From Epibacterium sp. (GTDB lineage: Bacteria > Pseudomonadota > Alphaproteobacteria > Rhodobacterales > Rhodobacteraceae), in contig JBLXDQ010000004.1 in the NCBI GenBank assembly GCA_048263945.1, forward strand, positions 229,975-293,974: 64,000 bases of DNA, read 5' to 3'. Positions 28,831 to 37,703 of this stretch are shown in pieces. The position numbers were made by a program, and so were the translations under genes. How positions within the stretch are numbered: the stretch's first letter is position 1; the number at the start of each line of letters is the position of its first letter. The notes below the pieces were generated by a model. It had not been told where the DNA came from. It saw only the letters and a list, made by a program, of their open reading frames with translations, and made no database searches.

Positions 28831-30186
28831 TCAGCTCACTGCCGCAAAGCCTGCATCGAGCGCGTCGAGGATCTGGGTCACATCCGCCTCGGTCAGCACC
28901 AGCGGCGGCGACAGGATGATATTTGGACCAGAGACCCGCACCATGGCGCCGCTCTGATAGGCGACCTCTTGCACGGTGCCGATGGTCTTTTTGTCGATGG
29001 CGGCCTTGGTGGCGCGGTCGCTGACCAGTTCCAGCGCGCTCATCAGCCCGTGGCCGCCGCGCACATCGCCGATCAACGCGTATTTCGCCTGCAGCGCCAA
29101 GAGCCCCTCGTAGAGTTGCGCCCCGCGCGCCGCCGCATTGGTTGGCACGTCGAGCCGTTTGGTCTCCGCCAGACAGGCCAGCGCCGCTGCCGCGCCAACC
29201 GGGTGGCCGGAGTAGGTATAGCCATGGCCAATCGCCGCCTTGCCGGTTTCGTCTTTCTCAAACACCTCCACCAGCCGTTCGGAGATCATCAGCGCGCCAA
29301 AGGGGAAATAGCCATTGGTGATCGCCTTGGCGGTGCACATCATATCGGGCTCTACCCCCCAATGGCGCGAACCGGTCCAGGAGCCGGTGCGGCCAAAGGC
29401 GGTGATCACCTCGTCGGCGATCAGCAAGATGCCGTTCTTGCGGCAAATCTCCGCCACGCCGGGCATAAAGCTTTTGTGCGGCGGGATCACGCCGCCTGCG
29501 CCCAGGATCGGCTCCATGATGAAGGCGGCGATGGTGCCCGCCCCCTGAAAGGCGATATCATCCTCAAGCGCCGCAAGGCAGAGCTGCGCCAGACGTTCCG
29601 GATCGTTTTCGTTGAAGGGGTTGCGATAGGTATAGGGCGCGGGGATGTGGTGGCAGCCGGCCAAAAGCGGCTCGTATGCGGTGCGGAAATTGGCGTTGCC
29701 ATTCACCGAGGCGCCACCGAAATGGGTGCCGTGGTAGCCCTTCTTCAGGCTGAGGTATTTCACCCGCGCAGGCTCGCCGCGCACCTTATGATACTGGCGC
29801 GCCAACCGCAGGGCGCTTTCCACCGAATCCGAGCCGCCGGAGGTGAAAAACGCCCGCGAAAGCCCATCGGGGGCGAAGAAGTCGCGCAGCTCCTCGGCCA
29901 GTTGGATCACCTGATCATTGGTGGTGCCACGGAAGGTGGAATAATAGGGCAGCACGTCGAGCTGGGCCGCGATGGCGTCCTTGACCGGCTGGCAGGAGAA
30001 CCCGAGGTTGACGTTCCACAGGCCGCCCACGGCGTCCACCACCTCATGCCCGTCGATATCCTTGATCCGCACGCCCGAGGCGCCGGTCACGATGGTCGGC
30101 GGATTGGCGAGACTGTCGGCGGGATGCGCCATTGGGTGCCAGAGGCTGCGGGCGTTGTGCTCTTTGAGGAAATTCGCGTCTTTCAT
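28831..30186 (-). CDS. Class III PLP aminotransferase (omega-amine/diamine transaminase-like)
   Basis: DAVGGLWNVNLG, TSGGSDSVE, YHG, FIMEPILGAGG, DEVITAFGRTG, TAKAITNGYFP. Confidence 0.9.
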   Translation of the reverse strand: MKDANFLKEHNARSLWHPMAHPADSLANPPTIVTGASGVRIKDIDGHEVVDAVGGLWNVNLGFSCQPVKDAIAAQLDVLPYYSTFRGTTNDQVIQLAEELRDFFAPDGLSRAFFTSGGSDSVESALRLARQYHKVRGEPARVKYLSLKKGYHGTHFGGASVNGNANFRTAYEPLLAGCHHIPAPYTYRNPFNENDPERLAQLCLAALEDDIAFQGAGTIAAFIMEPILGAGGVIPPHKSFMPGVAEICRKNGILLIADEVITAFGRTGSWTGSRHWGVEPDMMCTAKAITNGYFPFGALMISERLVEVFEKDETGKAAIGHGYTYSGHPVGAAAALACLAETKRLDVPTNAAARGAQLYEGLLALQAKYALIGDVRGGHGLMSALELVSDRATKAAIDKKTIGTVQEVAYQSGAMVRVSGPNIILSPPLVLTEADVTQILDALDAGFAAVS

Positions 30187-30244
30187 CTCGGGGTCTCCAA
30201 ATGCGCGGCCGCTCAGGTGGCTGCGGTGGGAAAATCGGGGAAAA

Positions 30245-31012
30245 TCAGGTTGGGTATTCCGGCGGGCAAACCCCGCCGATACGTTGGGTGAGGGCGAGGC
30301 CCGCCGCGCGCAGCGCCTCTGGGATCGCCTGTTTCTGCGCCTCGCTCATCCGCGAGGTGGGGGCGGCCACGGCCAGCGCGCCGATCACCGCCCGGTCGGG
30401 GCCAAAGATCGGCACCGCGTGGGAATGCACCTCGGCCTCATAGCCGCCAACGGATTGCGCCATGCCAGAGGCGCGCACGTCAGCGATCAGCGCGCGGATC
30501 GCAGCGGGGTCGGTTTGCGTGTGGGCGGTGCGGGCCTCTAGCGGGCCGTTTAGCACGCGTTCTGCAAAGCCGGGCTCGGCAAAGCCCAGCACCGCAAGGC
30601 CGGAGGCGGTGCCGTGAAAGGTCAGCACCTCGGCATCCTCCATCATCACCTTGGTCGCGTGCTGTGGCGCATAGGCGTGGCTGAGCGAGGCCAACTGATC
30701 GCCTTGCAGCAGCGAAAGGTGGGTGGTCTCGCCCGTTTCCTCCGACAGCTCCCGCAGCACCCGACGCGAGGCGGAGAGAATCGGCACGCTCGCCTCGCGC
30801 AGCGCGGCCAGCCGCAAAACCTGCGGCCCCAGGCGGTAGGAGCGGGCGTCATCAAGCTGTTCGACGAATCCCACCTCCTGCAATTCGCTCATCAGGCGAT
30901 AGACGGTGGCCTTGTTCATGCCCGACAGCCGGGTGAGGTCGCTGAGGCCGATCTCCAACCGCCCATGGTTGAAATGGGTCAACAAACTCAAGGCTTTGGC
31001 GGTGGTTCCCAT
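30245..31012 (-). CDS. IclR-family transcriptional regulator
   Basis: Start MGTTAKALSLL at 31012; N-terminal HTH, YRLGP, LSEETGET and HGTASGLAVL. Confidence 0.9.
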   Translation of the reverse strand: MGTTAKALSLLTHFNHGRLEIGLSDLTRLSGMNKATVYRLMSELQEVGFVEQLDDARSYRLGPQVLRLAALREASVPILSASRRVLRELSEETGETTHLSLLQGDQLASLSHAYAPQHATKVMMEDAEVLTFHGTASGLAVLGFAEPGFAERVLNGPLEARTAHTQTDPAAIRALIADVRASGMAQSVGGYEAEVHSHAVPIFGPDRAVIGALAVAAPTSRMSEAQKQAIPEALRAAGLALTQRIGGVCPPEYPT

Positions 31013-31086
31013 GGGTGGTGACATTCCCCGGTGGCTGAAATTCTGGACGCGGATGATCGTGAGTGATCGGCGCCCTTTCATTTTTG

Positions 31087-31147
31087 TTGACAGATATCCC
31101 CCATGGCTGTCAATCTAAATTCAAACCAATGGTTCACATAATGAACC
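31087..31147. promoter_or_regulatory. Divergent iclR/tctC promoter region with palindromes
   Basis: TTGACAG (31087-93) / CTGTCAA (31107-13) inverted pair with a TTGACA -35 on each strand; GGTTCA-CATAA-TGAACC palindrome at 31131-31147. Confidence 0.5.
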
Positions 31148-31233
31148 GATGGGGAATTTCAATACTGCGAGCGGCGGGAAACGTCGCCACCTCACCAACG
31201 GCAACTCGAATGGCGAACAGGGAGAGACAGCCA

Positions 31234-32178
31234 ATGACCGTGACTTCAGTACTCAAAGGATGCGTGGCCGCAGCGGGCCTCGTGCTGGCGGCGGGGGCCG
31301 CACTTGCGGATTACCCCGAAAAGCCGGTGAATTTTATCGTGCCCTGGCCGCCGGGCGACCTTGAGGACGTGCTGACCCGCATGATCGCCGAGGATTTCCA
31401 GACCAAATACGGTGTCGCGGCGGCGGTGGTGAACAAGCCCGGTGGCGGCGGTGGTCCCTTCCCCGGGGCGATCGAGGTCGCCAATTCGCCGGCCGATGGT
31501 TACACCGTGGGGTCGTTTGTGATCGGGGTGCCGGTGATGGGGCATCAGATCGACATTCCGCCGCTCACGCCGGCGAAGTTCGACCCGCTCGGCATCTTCC
31601 TCACCTATCCCTTTGTCATCGCGACCTCGGGCGATGCGCCCTATAGCTCCATGGCGGAGCTGGCGGCCTATGCGAAGGACAATGACGTGGTGCTGGGCCA
31701 CTTTGGCGACGTGCTGACGCCGACGCAGGTGACCAAGGCCTTTGCCAAGGCGGAGGGGTTCGAATGGGGCTCTGATGCGGCCTTTGACGCGCTGGATTGC
31801 AACACGCTGGCCTCGGGCGATGCGGATGTGATCAACACCACGTTGCAGCTGATCCTGCCCTGCATCGATCAGGTCAAGGTGCTGGTCTCCATCACCGATG
31901 AGCGGATCCCGCTGGTGCCGGATGCGCCCGCGATTGGCGAGCTGAACCCGGATCTGAACATCGCCCTGTGGAACGGTCTGTTTGTGACCAAGGACACCCC
32001 GCAGGACGTGCGCGACAAGATCATTGAGGTGGCGCAGGAGACTGTCTTCTCGGAACGTGCACAAGCGGTGGCGGCCGAGACCGGCGCGCTGGTCTATTGG
32101 CAAAACGCCGATGAGAGCGCGGCCCGGATTGCCAATGATATCGAGACCATGGCGCGGATTGGCGCTGCGCTGGAGTAA
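31234..32178 (+). CDS. tctC: Tripartite tricarboxylate transporter substrate-binding protein (TctC/Bug family)
   Basis: Signal peptide; YPEKPVNFIVPW, VVNKPGGGG, PADGYT, PDAPAIGE and WNGLFVTKDTP. Confidence 0.85.
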   Translation: MTVTSVLKGCVAAAGLVLAAGAALADYPEKPVNFIVPWPPGDLEDVLTRMIAEDFQTKYGVAAAVVNKPGGGGGPFPGAIEVANSPADGYTVGSFVIGVPVMGHQIDIPPLTPAKFDPLGIFLTYPFVIATSGDAPYSSMAELAAYAKDNDVVLGHFGDVLTPTQVTKAFAKAEGFEWGSDAAFDALDCNTLASGDADVINTTLQLILPCIDQVKVLVSITDERIPLVPDAPAIGELNPDLNIALWNGLFVTKDTPQDVRDKIIEVAQETVFSERAQAVAAETGALVYWQNADESAARIANDIETMARIGAALE

Positions 32179-32286
32179 TCCTCCCCGAGCCTGTCGCCGG
32201 TGCCATGTCTTGTGGCCCGGCGGCCTTTTCGACTTCTTGGGGGCCAAGACCCCAAGCCGCGACGACCTTCCCAGTCAGAGAAGCAT

Positions 32287-32817
32287 ATGCAAAGCGAACG
32301 CGAACGCAGATTTGTTGGCCCGCGCCGGGGGCAGCTTCTGTTTGTCCTGACCTTCCTTGTCCTGTCGGTGCTGCTGCTGAGCCAGATCGGCACGCAGACC
32401 GCATGGGTGAAAAAGACCGCAGTCTTTGCTCAGCCGCGGTTCTGGCCTGCGGTGGGCGTCGGCGGCATGGTGCTATTTACAGCGCTGCATCTGTGGAAAC
32501 TGCCGTTTCGCCGGTTTGAGCGGACGGATTTTCGCGAGGCGCTGCGCTGGGCCTCGGCGCTGGAATTTGCCCTTTGGTTTATGGGGTATGTGACGTTGGT
32601 GCCCATCGTTGGCTACCTGCCAGTGACGCTGGCCTTTGTGCTCTTGCTCTCTCACCGCATGGGCTATCGCGGCCGCAAGATGCAGATCATCGGCGTGCTC
32701 TTTGCCATTGCGATTGTGGTGATCTTCAAGGGTCTTTTGGCGGTGCGCATCCCGGGTGCTGCGCTTTATGAATACTTTCCGGATGGCCTGCGCAGCTTTG
32801 CCATCCTCTATCTCTGA
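32287..32817 (+). CDS. tctB: TTT small membrane subunit TctB
   Basis: Four hydrophobic segments, PRFWP motif, located between tctC and tctA. Confidence 0.8.
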   Translation: MQSERERRFVGPRRGQLLFVLTFLVLSVLLLSQIGTQTAWVKKTAVFAQPRFWPAVGVGGMVLFTALHLWKLPFRRFERTDFREALRWASALEFALWFMGYVTLVPIVGYLPVTLAFVLLLSHRMGYRGRKMQIIGVLFAIAIVVIFKGLLAVRIPGAALYEYFPDGLRSFAILYL

Positions 32818-32832
32818 GACCGAGGTGCCCTC

Positions 32833-34452
32833 ATGGACCTGATCCTTTCCGCCCTCGATATTCTGATGCGCTGGGACGTGGCGCTGGCGTTGCTTGCGGG
32901 CTCTGTCGGCGGTGTGCTGATCGGTGCCATTCCGGGCGTGGGGCCTGCTGTCGCCATCGCGATCCTGCTGCCTGCGACCTTTTCCATGGACCCGATTGTG
33001 GGGCTCACGGTGCTGTTGGGCATTTATGGCTCGTCGATGTATGGCGGGTCTATTCCGGCGATCCTGATCAATACCCCCGGCACAGCGGTCAATGCGCTAA
33101 CCACCTATGACGGCTTTCCGATGACCGCGCGGGGCGAGCCGCGCCGGGCCTTGAGCCTTGCCTATTCGTCGAGCTTTTTTGGCGGCATCTTCTCGGTCAT
33201 CTGTCTGATCCTCTTTGCCCCCGTGCTGGCCAAGGTGGCGCCACTGTTTGGCGCGCGGGAGATTTTTCTAGCCGCTCTGTTGGGGTTGATCCTCGTGGTG
33301 GTGGCACACCGGGGGCAGGCTTTGATTGCCGGGGCGCTGGCGTGTCTTGGCATCTTCCTCAACACCATCGGCATGGAGCCGGTGAAATACACCCAGCGCT
33401 ACACCTTTGGCACCGATGCTTTGGGCTCGGGCGTAAACCTCATCGTGGTGGTGCTGGGGCTATTTGCGATTTCCCAAGCCTTTGTGCTGCTGACCGAAGA
33501 AGACGAGAAAGTGCGCCTGACCAAGCTGCGTGGCGGGCTATTCCAAGGCCTGCGCGAGCTGGCGCGGCATCCGCGGGTGGCCTCTGTGTCGGCGGGCTTT
33601 GGCGTGATCATGGGGATGATCCCCGGCGTGGGCGAGTTCACCGCGCAGTTCATGTCTTATACTTACGCGCAGAAGACCTCGAAACGGCCGCAGGATTTTG
33701 GCAATGGCTCCTCCGAGGGGCTGATCGCGGCGGAGACCTCGAACAACGCGGTGCCGGCCGCCGCTATGGTGCCCCTCTTGGCGTTGGGCATCCCGGGCGA
33801 GGCGCTGACGGCGATGATGCTCTCGGTGTTTTACGTGCATAACGTGGTGCCGGGGCCGGGGCTGTTTCAGAACGACATGGACTTTGTCGTGGCGCTTTAT
33901 CTCGCGCTGCTGATCCTGAACGTGCTGGTCTTGCTGTTCCTTCTCTGCGCCACCAATGCGCTCATTCAGGTGGTGCGCATCCCCAATCGGTTTCTCGGGG
34001 TGGCGGTGCTGACCCTGAGCTTTGTTGGCGTCTACTCGCTGCGCAATTCCGCGACAGACTGCCTGATGGCGGCAGGGTTTGGGGTCTTTGGCTTTGTGCT
34101 GAAACGCCTCAACCTGCCGGCGGTGCCGATCATCCTCGGCATGGTGCTGGGCGGCATTATGGAGGTCAAACTGCGCGCGGCCATGGCGCGGGTGAAGACC
34201 CCTTTTGATTTCATTGACCGCCCGGTGGCGTTCATCCTGTTCTCTATCATCTTGATCGTGCTTGCCGCCCATATCCTGCGGATCCGCAAGGAGGCGCGCG
34301 AGCTGAAGGAGGCCGAATGGCAGACCAAGACCTCATCAACGCGCTTCGGAGCACTACTGTTGCGCCGCAGAACCTCTTTCTTGAAGGAGCATGGACGCCG
34401 GGTGCGGGATCGCCATGCGAAGTTACTTCGCCGATTGACGGATCTGTTCTGA
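32833..34452 (+). CDS. tctA: TTT large membrane subunit TctA (apparent C-terminal read-through into the ALDH gene)
   Basis: GAIPGVG, YGGSIPAILINTPGT, AAETSNNA and LALGIPG motifs; the ORF runs 136 bp into the next gene. Confidence 0.9.
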   Translation: MDLILSALDILMRWDVALALLAGSVGGVLIGAIPGVGPAVAIAILLPATFSMDPIVGLTVLLGIYGSSMYGGSIPAILINTPGTAVNALTTYDGFPMTARGEPRRALSLAYSSSFFGGIFSVICLILFAPVLAKVAPLFGAREIFLAALLGLILVVVAHRGQALIAGALACLGIFLNTIGMEPVKYTQRYTFGTDALGSGVNLIVVVLGLFAISQAFVLLTEEDEKVRLTKLRGGLFQGLRELARHPRVASVSAGFGVIMGMIPGVGEFTAQFMSYTYAQKTSKRPQDFGNGSSEGLIAAETSNNAVPAAAMVPLLALGIPGEALTAMMLSVFYVHNVVPGPGLFQNDMDFVVALYLALLILNVLVLLFLLCATNALIQVVRIPNRFLGVAVLTLSFVGVYSLRNSATDCLMAAGFGVFGFVLKRLNLPAVPIILGMVLGGIMEVKLRAAMARVKTPFDFIDRPVAFILFSIILIVLAAHILRIRKEARELKEAEWQTKTSSTRFGALLLRRRTSFLKEHGRRVRDRHAKLLRRLTDLF

Positions 34453-35801
34453 CCACATTGGCCACCGCCACGGGGGCGGATGTCGACCGGGCGGTGGCCT
34501 CGGGGCGGCGGGCCTTTGAGGATGGGCGCTGGTCGCGGCTGGCCCCGGCGGCGCGCAAGAAGGTGCTGCACCGGATCGCGGATCGGATCGAGGCGGAGGC
34601 GGTTGCGCTGACGGTCCTCGGCGTGCGCGACAATGGCACCGAGTTCAATATGGCGCTGAAGGCGGAGGCCGGATCGGCGGCGGGCACTTTCCGTTACTAC
34701 GCCGAGGCCTTGGACAAGGTGGCGGGCGAAGTGGCCCCCACCGCGCCGGATGTGCTGGGGCTGGTGCATCGCACCCCCGTTGGCGTGGTGGCGGCGATTG
34801 TGCCGTGGAATTTCCCGCTGATGATCGGCGCCTGGAAACTGGCGCCCGCGCTGGCGATGGGCAATTCGGTGGTGCTGAAGCCGGCCGAGACGGCCTCGCT
34901 GTCGCTGTTGCGGCTCGCCGAGATTTGCGCCGAGTGTGGTCTGCCGGATGGGGTGCTGAATGTGGTGACCGGGCCGGGGGCGGTCACGGGCGCGGCGCTG
35001 GCCGAGCATATGGACGTGGACGTGATGGTCTTCACCGGCTCTGGCGCGACGGGGCGGCGGCTGCTGGAGGCTTCGGCGCGCACGAACCTCAAGCGGTGCT
35101 ATCTGGAGTTGGGCGGCAAATCCCCCAACATCGTCTTTGCGGATGCCAAGGATCTGGATCAGGCCGCCAAAGTCTCGGCCATGGGGATCTTCCGCAACTC
35201 GGGTCAGGTCTGTGTTGCGGGCTCGCGCCTGTTGGTCGAAGCCTCGACATACGAGGAATTTGTGGCGCGGATGGTGGCCCATGCCGAGGCCTTGCGGGTG
35301 GGCGATCCACTGGATTTGGCCTCGGACGTGGGCGCGGTGAATTCTGAAGTGCAGCTGGCGGCGAACCTTGCCCATGTGGAGCGCGCAGTGGCCGAGGGCG
35401 GCGAGCTGCGCTGTGGCGGTGGGCGCATTTTGGCGGAAACCGGTGGCAGCTATATGGCGCCGACCGTGGTGACTGGGGTGACGCAAGAGGCGAGCCTGTT
35501 CCAGAAGGAGGTCTTTGGCCCGGTTCTGGCGGTGACGCCCTTCGAGACAGAGGAGGAGGCGCTGCGGCTTGCCAATGCCACCGACTATGGCCTTGCGGCG
35601 GCGGTCTGGACCCGCGACCTGTCGCGCGCCCATCGCTGCGTGGCGGGCATTCGGGCCGGCGTTGTGCATGTGAACACCTATGGCGGCGCGGATAATACGG
35701 TGCCCTTGGGCGGCGTGGGGCAATCCGGAAATGGGCATGACAAGTCGTTGCATGCTTTGGAGAAATACGTCGATCTGAAGACGGCTTGGATCCAGCTGTG
35801 A
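34317..35801 (+). CDS. NAD-dependent aldehyde dehydrogenase, PuuC-like
   Basis: IVPWNFP, KPAE, FTGSG, LELGGKSP, catalytic Cys in GQVCVAGSR, EVFGP; C-terminal GNGHDKSLHALEKY..LKTAWI resembles PuuC; AGGAGG RBS. Confidence 0.88.
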   Translation: MADQDLINALRSTTVAPQNLFLEGAWTPGAGSPCEVTSPIDGSVLTTLATATGADVDRAVASGRRAFEDGRWSRLAPAARKKVLHRIADRIEAEAVALTVLGVRDNGTEFNMALKAEAGSAAGTFRYYAEALDKVAGEVAPTAPDVLGLVHRTPVGVVAAIVPWNFPLMIGAWKLAPALAMGNSVVLKPAETASLSLLRLAEICAECGLPDGVLNVVTGPGAVTGAALAEHMDVDVMVFTGSGATGRRLLEASARTNLKRCYLELGGKSPNIVFADAKDLDQAAKVSAMGIFRNSGQVCVAGSRLLVEASTYEEFVARMVAHAEALRVGDPLDLASDVGAVNSEVQLAANLAHVERAVAEGGELRCGGGRILAETGGSYMAPTVVTGVTQEASLFQKEVFGPVLAVTPFETEEEALRLANATDYGLAAAVWTRDLSRAHRCVAGIRAGVVHVNTYGGADNTVPLGGVGQSGNGHDKSLHALEKYVDLKTAWIQL

Positions 35802-35808
35802 GGAGAGC

Positions 35809-35870
35809 GGGGTCTTGGGCACGCCAAGACCCCGCGGCCTCCGGCGGGAGTATTTTAGGAAAGATGAAGA
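35809..35870. repeat. REP-like element
   Basis: GGGGTCTTGG-GCACG-CCAAGACCCC hairpin, then GGCCTCCGGCGGGAGTATTTTAGGAAAGATGAAG; the CCAAGACCCC core recurs near 32243 and at 45438. Confidence 0.55.
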
Positions 35871-35900
35871 GGGGCGCATGGGCGACCCGGGGAGGTTGTG

Positions 35901-37133
35901 ATGAGCGCGGACAAGACCATTCTGGTGGCGGGGACCTGGGACACCAAGGACGACGAGCTGTCCTATCTGGCGGAGGTGATCCGTGGGCAAGGCGGGCATG
36001 TGCTGAGCATGGATGTGAGCGTGCTGGGCGAGCCGCATCTGCCGGTGGATGTGTCCAAACATCAGGTGGCGGAGGCGGCGGGCAGCTCCATTCAGGCGGC
36101 GATCGACAGTGGCGATGAGAATACCGCGATGCAGATCATGGGCGCGGGTGCGGCCAAGCTGGCGCTGGATCTCTGGCGGGCGGGTCGCATTCACGGCGTG
36201 ATCGTGCTGGGGGGCACCATGGGCACCGATCTGGCGCTCGACCTTTGTGGGGCGCTGCCTTTGGGGGTGCCGAAGTATATCGTCTCGACCGTGGCCTTCT
36301 CGCCCCTGTTGCCGCCGGAGCGCATTCCGGCGGATGTGCAGATGATCCTTTGGGCCGGTGGGCTCTATGGGCTGAACGATATCTGCAAGGCCTCGTTGAG
36401 CCAGGCGGCGGGGGCGGTTCTAGGGGCGGCGCGCGCGGTGGAGGCACCCCGGTTTGAGCGGCCGATGGTGGGGATGACCTCCTTTGGCAAGACGGTGCTG
36501 CGTTACATGGTGACCCTGAAGCCTGAGCTGGAGCGGCGTGGCTTTGACGTGGCGGTGTTTCATGCCACCGGCATGGGCGGGCGCGCCTTTGAGAGCCTTG
36601 CGGGCGAGGGGGCCTTTGCCGCGGTGATGGATTTTGCGCCGCAGGAGGTGAGCAATCATCTCTTTGGTGGGCTTTCAGCCGGTGAGGGGCGGATGACCCA
36701 TGCGGGGCGCGCCGGGGTGCCACAGATGGTGGCGCCGGGCTGCTATGATCTCGTCGATTTTGTCGGCTGGCATGCGGTGCCGAAGGCGCTGGAGGGGCGG
36801 GAGTGTCATGCGCATAACCGCCTGTTGACCTCGGCGATGCTGGAGGGCGAGGAGCGGCGGGCGGTGGCGCGGGAGATTTGCCAAAAGCTGGCTGGCGCGA
36901 CGGGGCCGGTGACCTTGTTCCTACCGGTGATGGGCTGCAATGAATGGGATCGCGACGGCGGGCCCCTGCATGATGGCGCAGCCTTGGCGGGGTTTTGCGA
37001 GGAGATCCGGCGTGCGGTGCCGACCTCAGTCACGCTGCAGGAACTCGATTGCCACATCAACGACGCGGCCTTTTGCACGGCGGTTCTGGCGCAGTTTGAC
37101 GCTTGGGTCGCTGAGGGCGTGATTGCGCGCTGA
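35901..37133 (+). CDS. UPF0261 / Tm-1-like ATP-binding domain protein
   Basis: ILVAGTWDTKDDEL, MDVS, GGTMGT, LPLGVPKYIVST, GMTSFG, VFHATGMGGRAFE, PG..D.VDF, HAHN. Confidence 0.82.
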   Translation: MSADKTILVAGTWDTKDDELSYLAEVIRGQGGHVLSMDVSVLGEPHLPVDVSKHQVAEAAGSSIQAAIDSGDENTAMQIMGAGAAKLALDLWRAGRIHGVIVLGGTMGTDLALDLCGALPLGVPKYIVSTVAFSPLLPPERIPADVQMILWAGGLYGLNDICKASLSQAAGAVLGAARAVEAPRFERPMVGMTSFGKTVLRYMVTLKPELERRGFDVAVFHATGMGGRAFESLAGEGAFAAVMDFAPQEVSNHLFGGLSAGEGRMTHAGRAGVPQMVAPGCYDLVDFVGWHAVPKALEGRECHAHNRLLTSAMLEGEERRAVAREICQKLAGATGPVTLFLPVMGCNEWDRDGGPLHDGAALAGFCEEIRRAVPTSVTLQELDCHINDAAFCTAVLAQFDAWVAEGVIAR

Positions 37134-37211
37134 GGGGGCTCTGGACCTTCTACGCGGATTGGGCAACAGTCCACCAGACGTTTGGAACTGAGGCTGAAGG
37201 ACCGCGCGCCG

Positions 37212-37637
37212 ATGAGATTTGAACCCGACCCGCAGGACCCTGAAACGCTGATGATCCATGATCCCGGCTGTCAGCAGCTGGTCGGCTATGAGACGCGGAT
37301 TGATGCGGCGGGCGCTTGCACGGTGAGCCTTGATGTGGGGCCGCAGCATCTCAACCGGCATGGCATCCTGCATGGCGGCATGGTGGCGACGGTGCTCGAC
37401 GTGGTTTGCGGCAATACCGCCTCGCGCTATTTCGACCCCGAGGGGCACGCGGCCTTGGTGACCGTGGCGCTGAACCTGTCCTATATCGCGGCGATGGGGC
37501 CGGGGCGGATCACCGCGACGGCGCGGGCGACGGGTGGTGGCAAAAGCACGGCCCATGTGATGGGCGAGTTGCACGACGTGGACGGGCGTTTGCTCGCCAC
37601 TGCGACGGGGATTTTCCGCCGGATCACCAAGCGCTGA
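37212..37637 (+). CDS. PaaI-family hotdog-fold thioesterase
   Basis: HLNRHGILHGGMVATVLD motif; VTVALNLSYI. Confidence 0.85.
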   Translation: MRFEPDPQDPETLMIHDPGCQQLVGYETRIDAAGACTVSLDVGPQHLNRHGILHGGMVATVLDVVCGNTASRYFDPEGHAALVTVALNLSYIAAMGPGRITATARATGGGKSTAHVMGELHDVDGRLLATATGIFRRITKR

Positions 37638-37653
37638 GGCGCGGTCTGGACGC

Positions 37654-37686
37654 AAAAAATGGCGGGAGATACTCCCGCCCTTTTTG
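37654..37686. terminator. Bidirectional intrinsic terminator between convergent thioesterase and rpe
   Basis: AAAAAA-T-GGCGGGAG-ATA-CTCCCGCC-C-TTTTTT. Confidence 0.85.
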
Positions 37687-37703
37687 TTGCGGCTCAGGCT
37701 CGA

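Noticed and set aside
35901-37133. Tm-1-like protein as an antiviral defence gene
   Set aside because: The antiviral role is known for the plant protein; here the context is purely catabolic with no defence-island neighbours.
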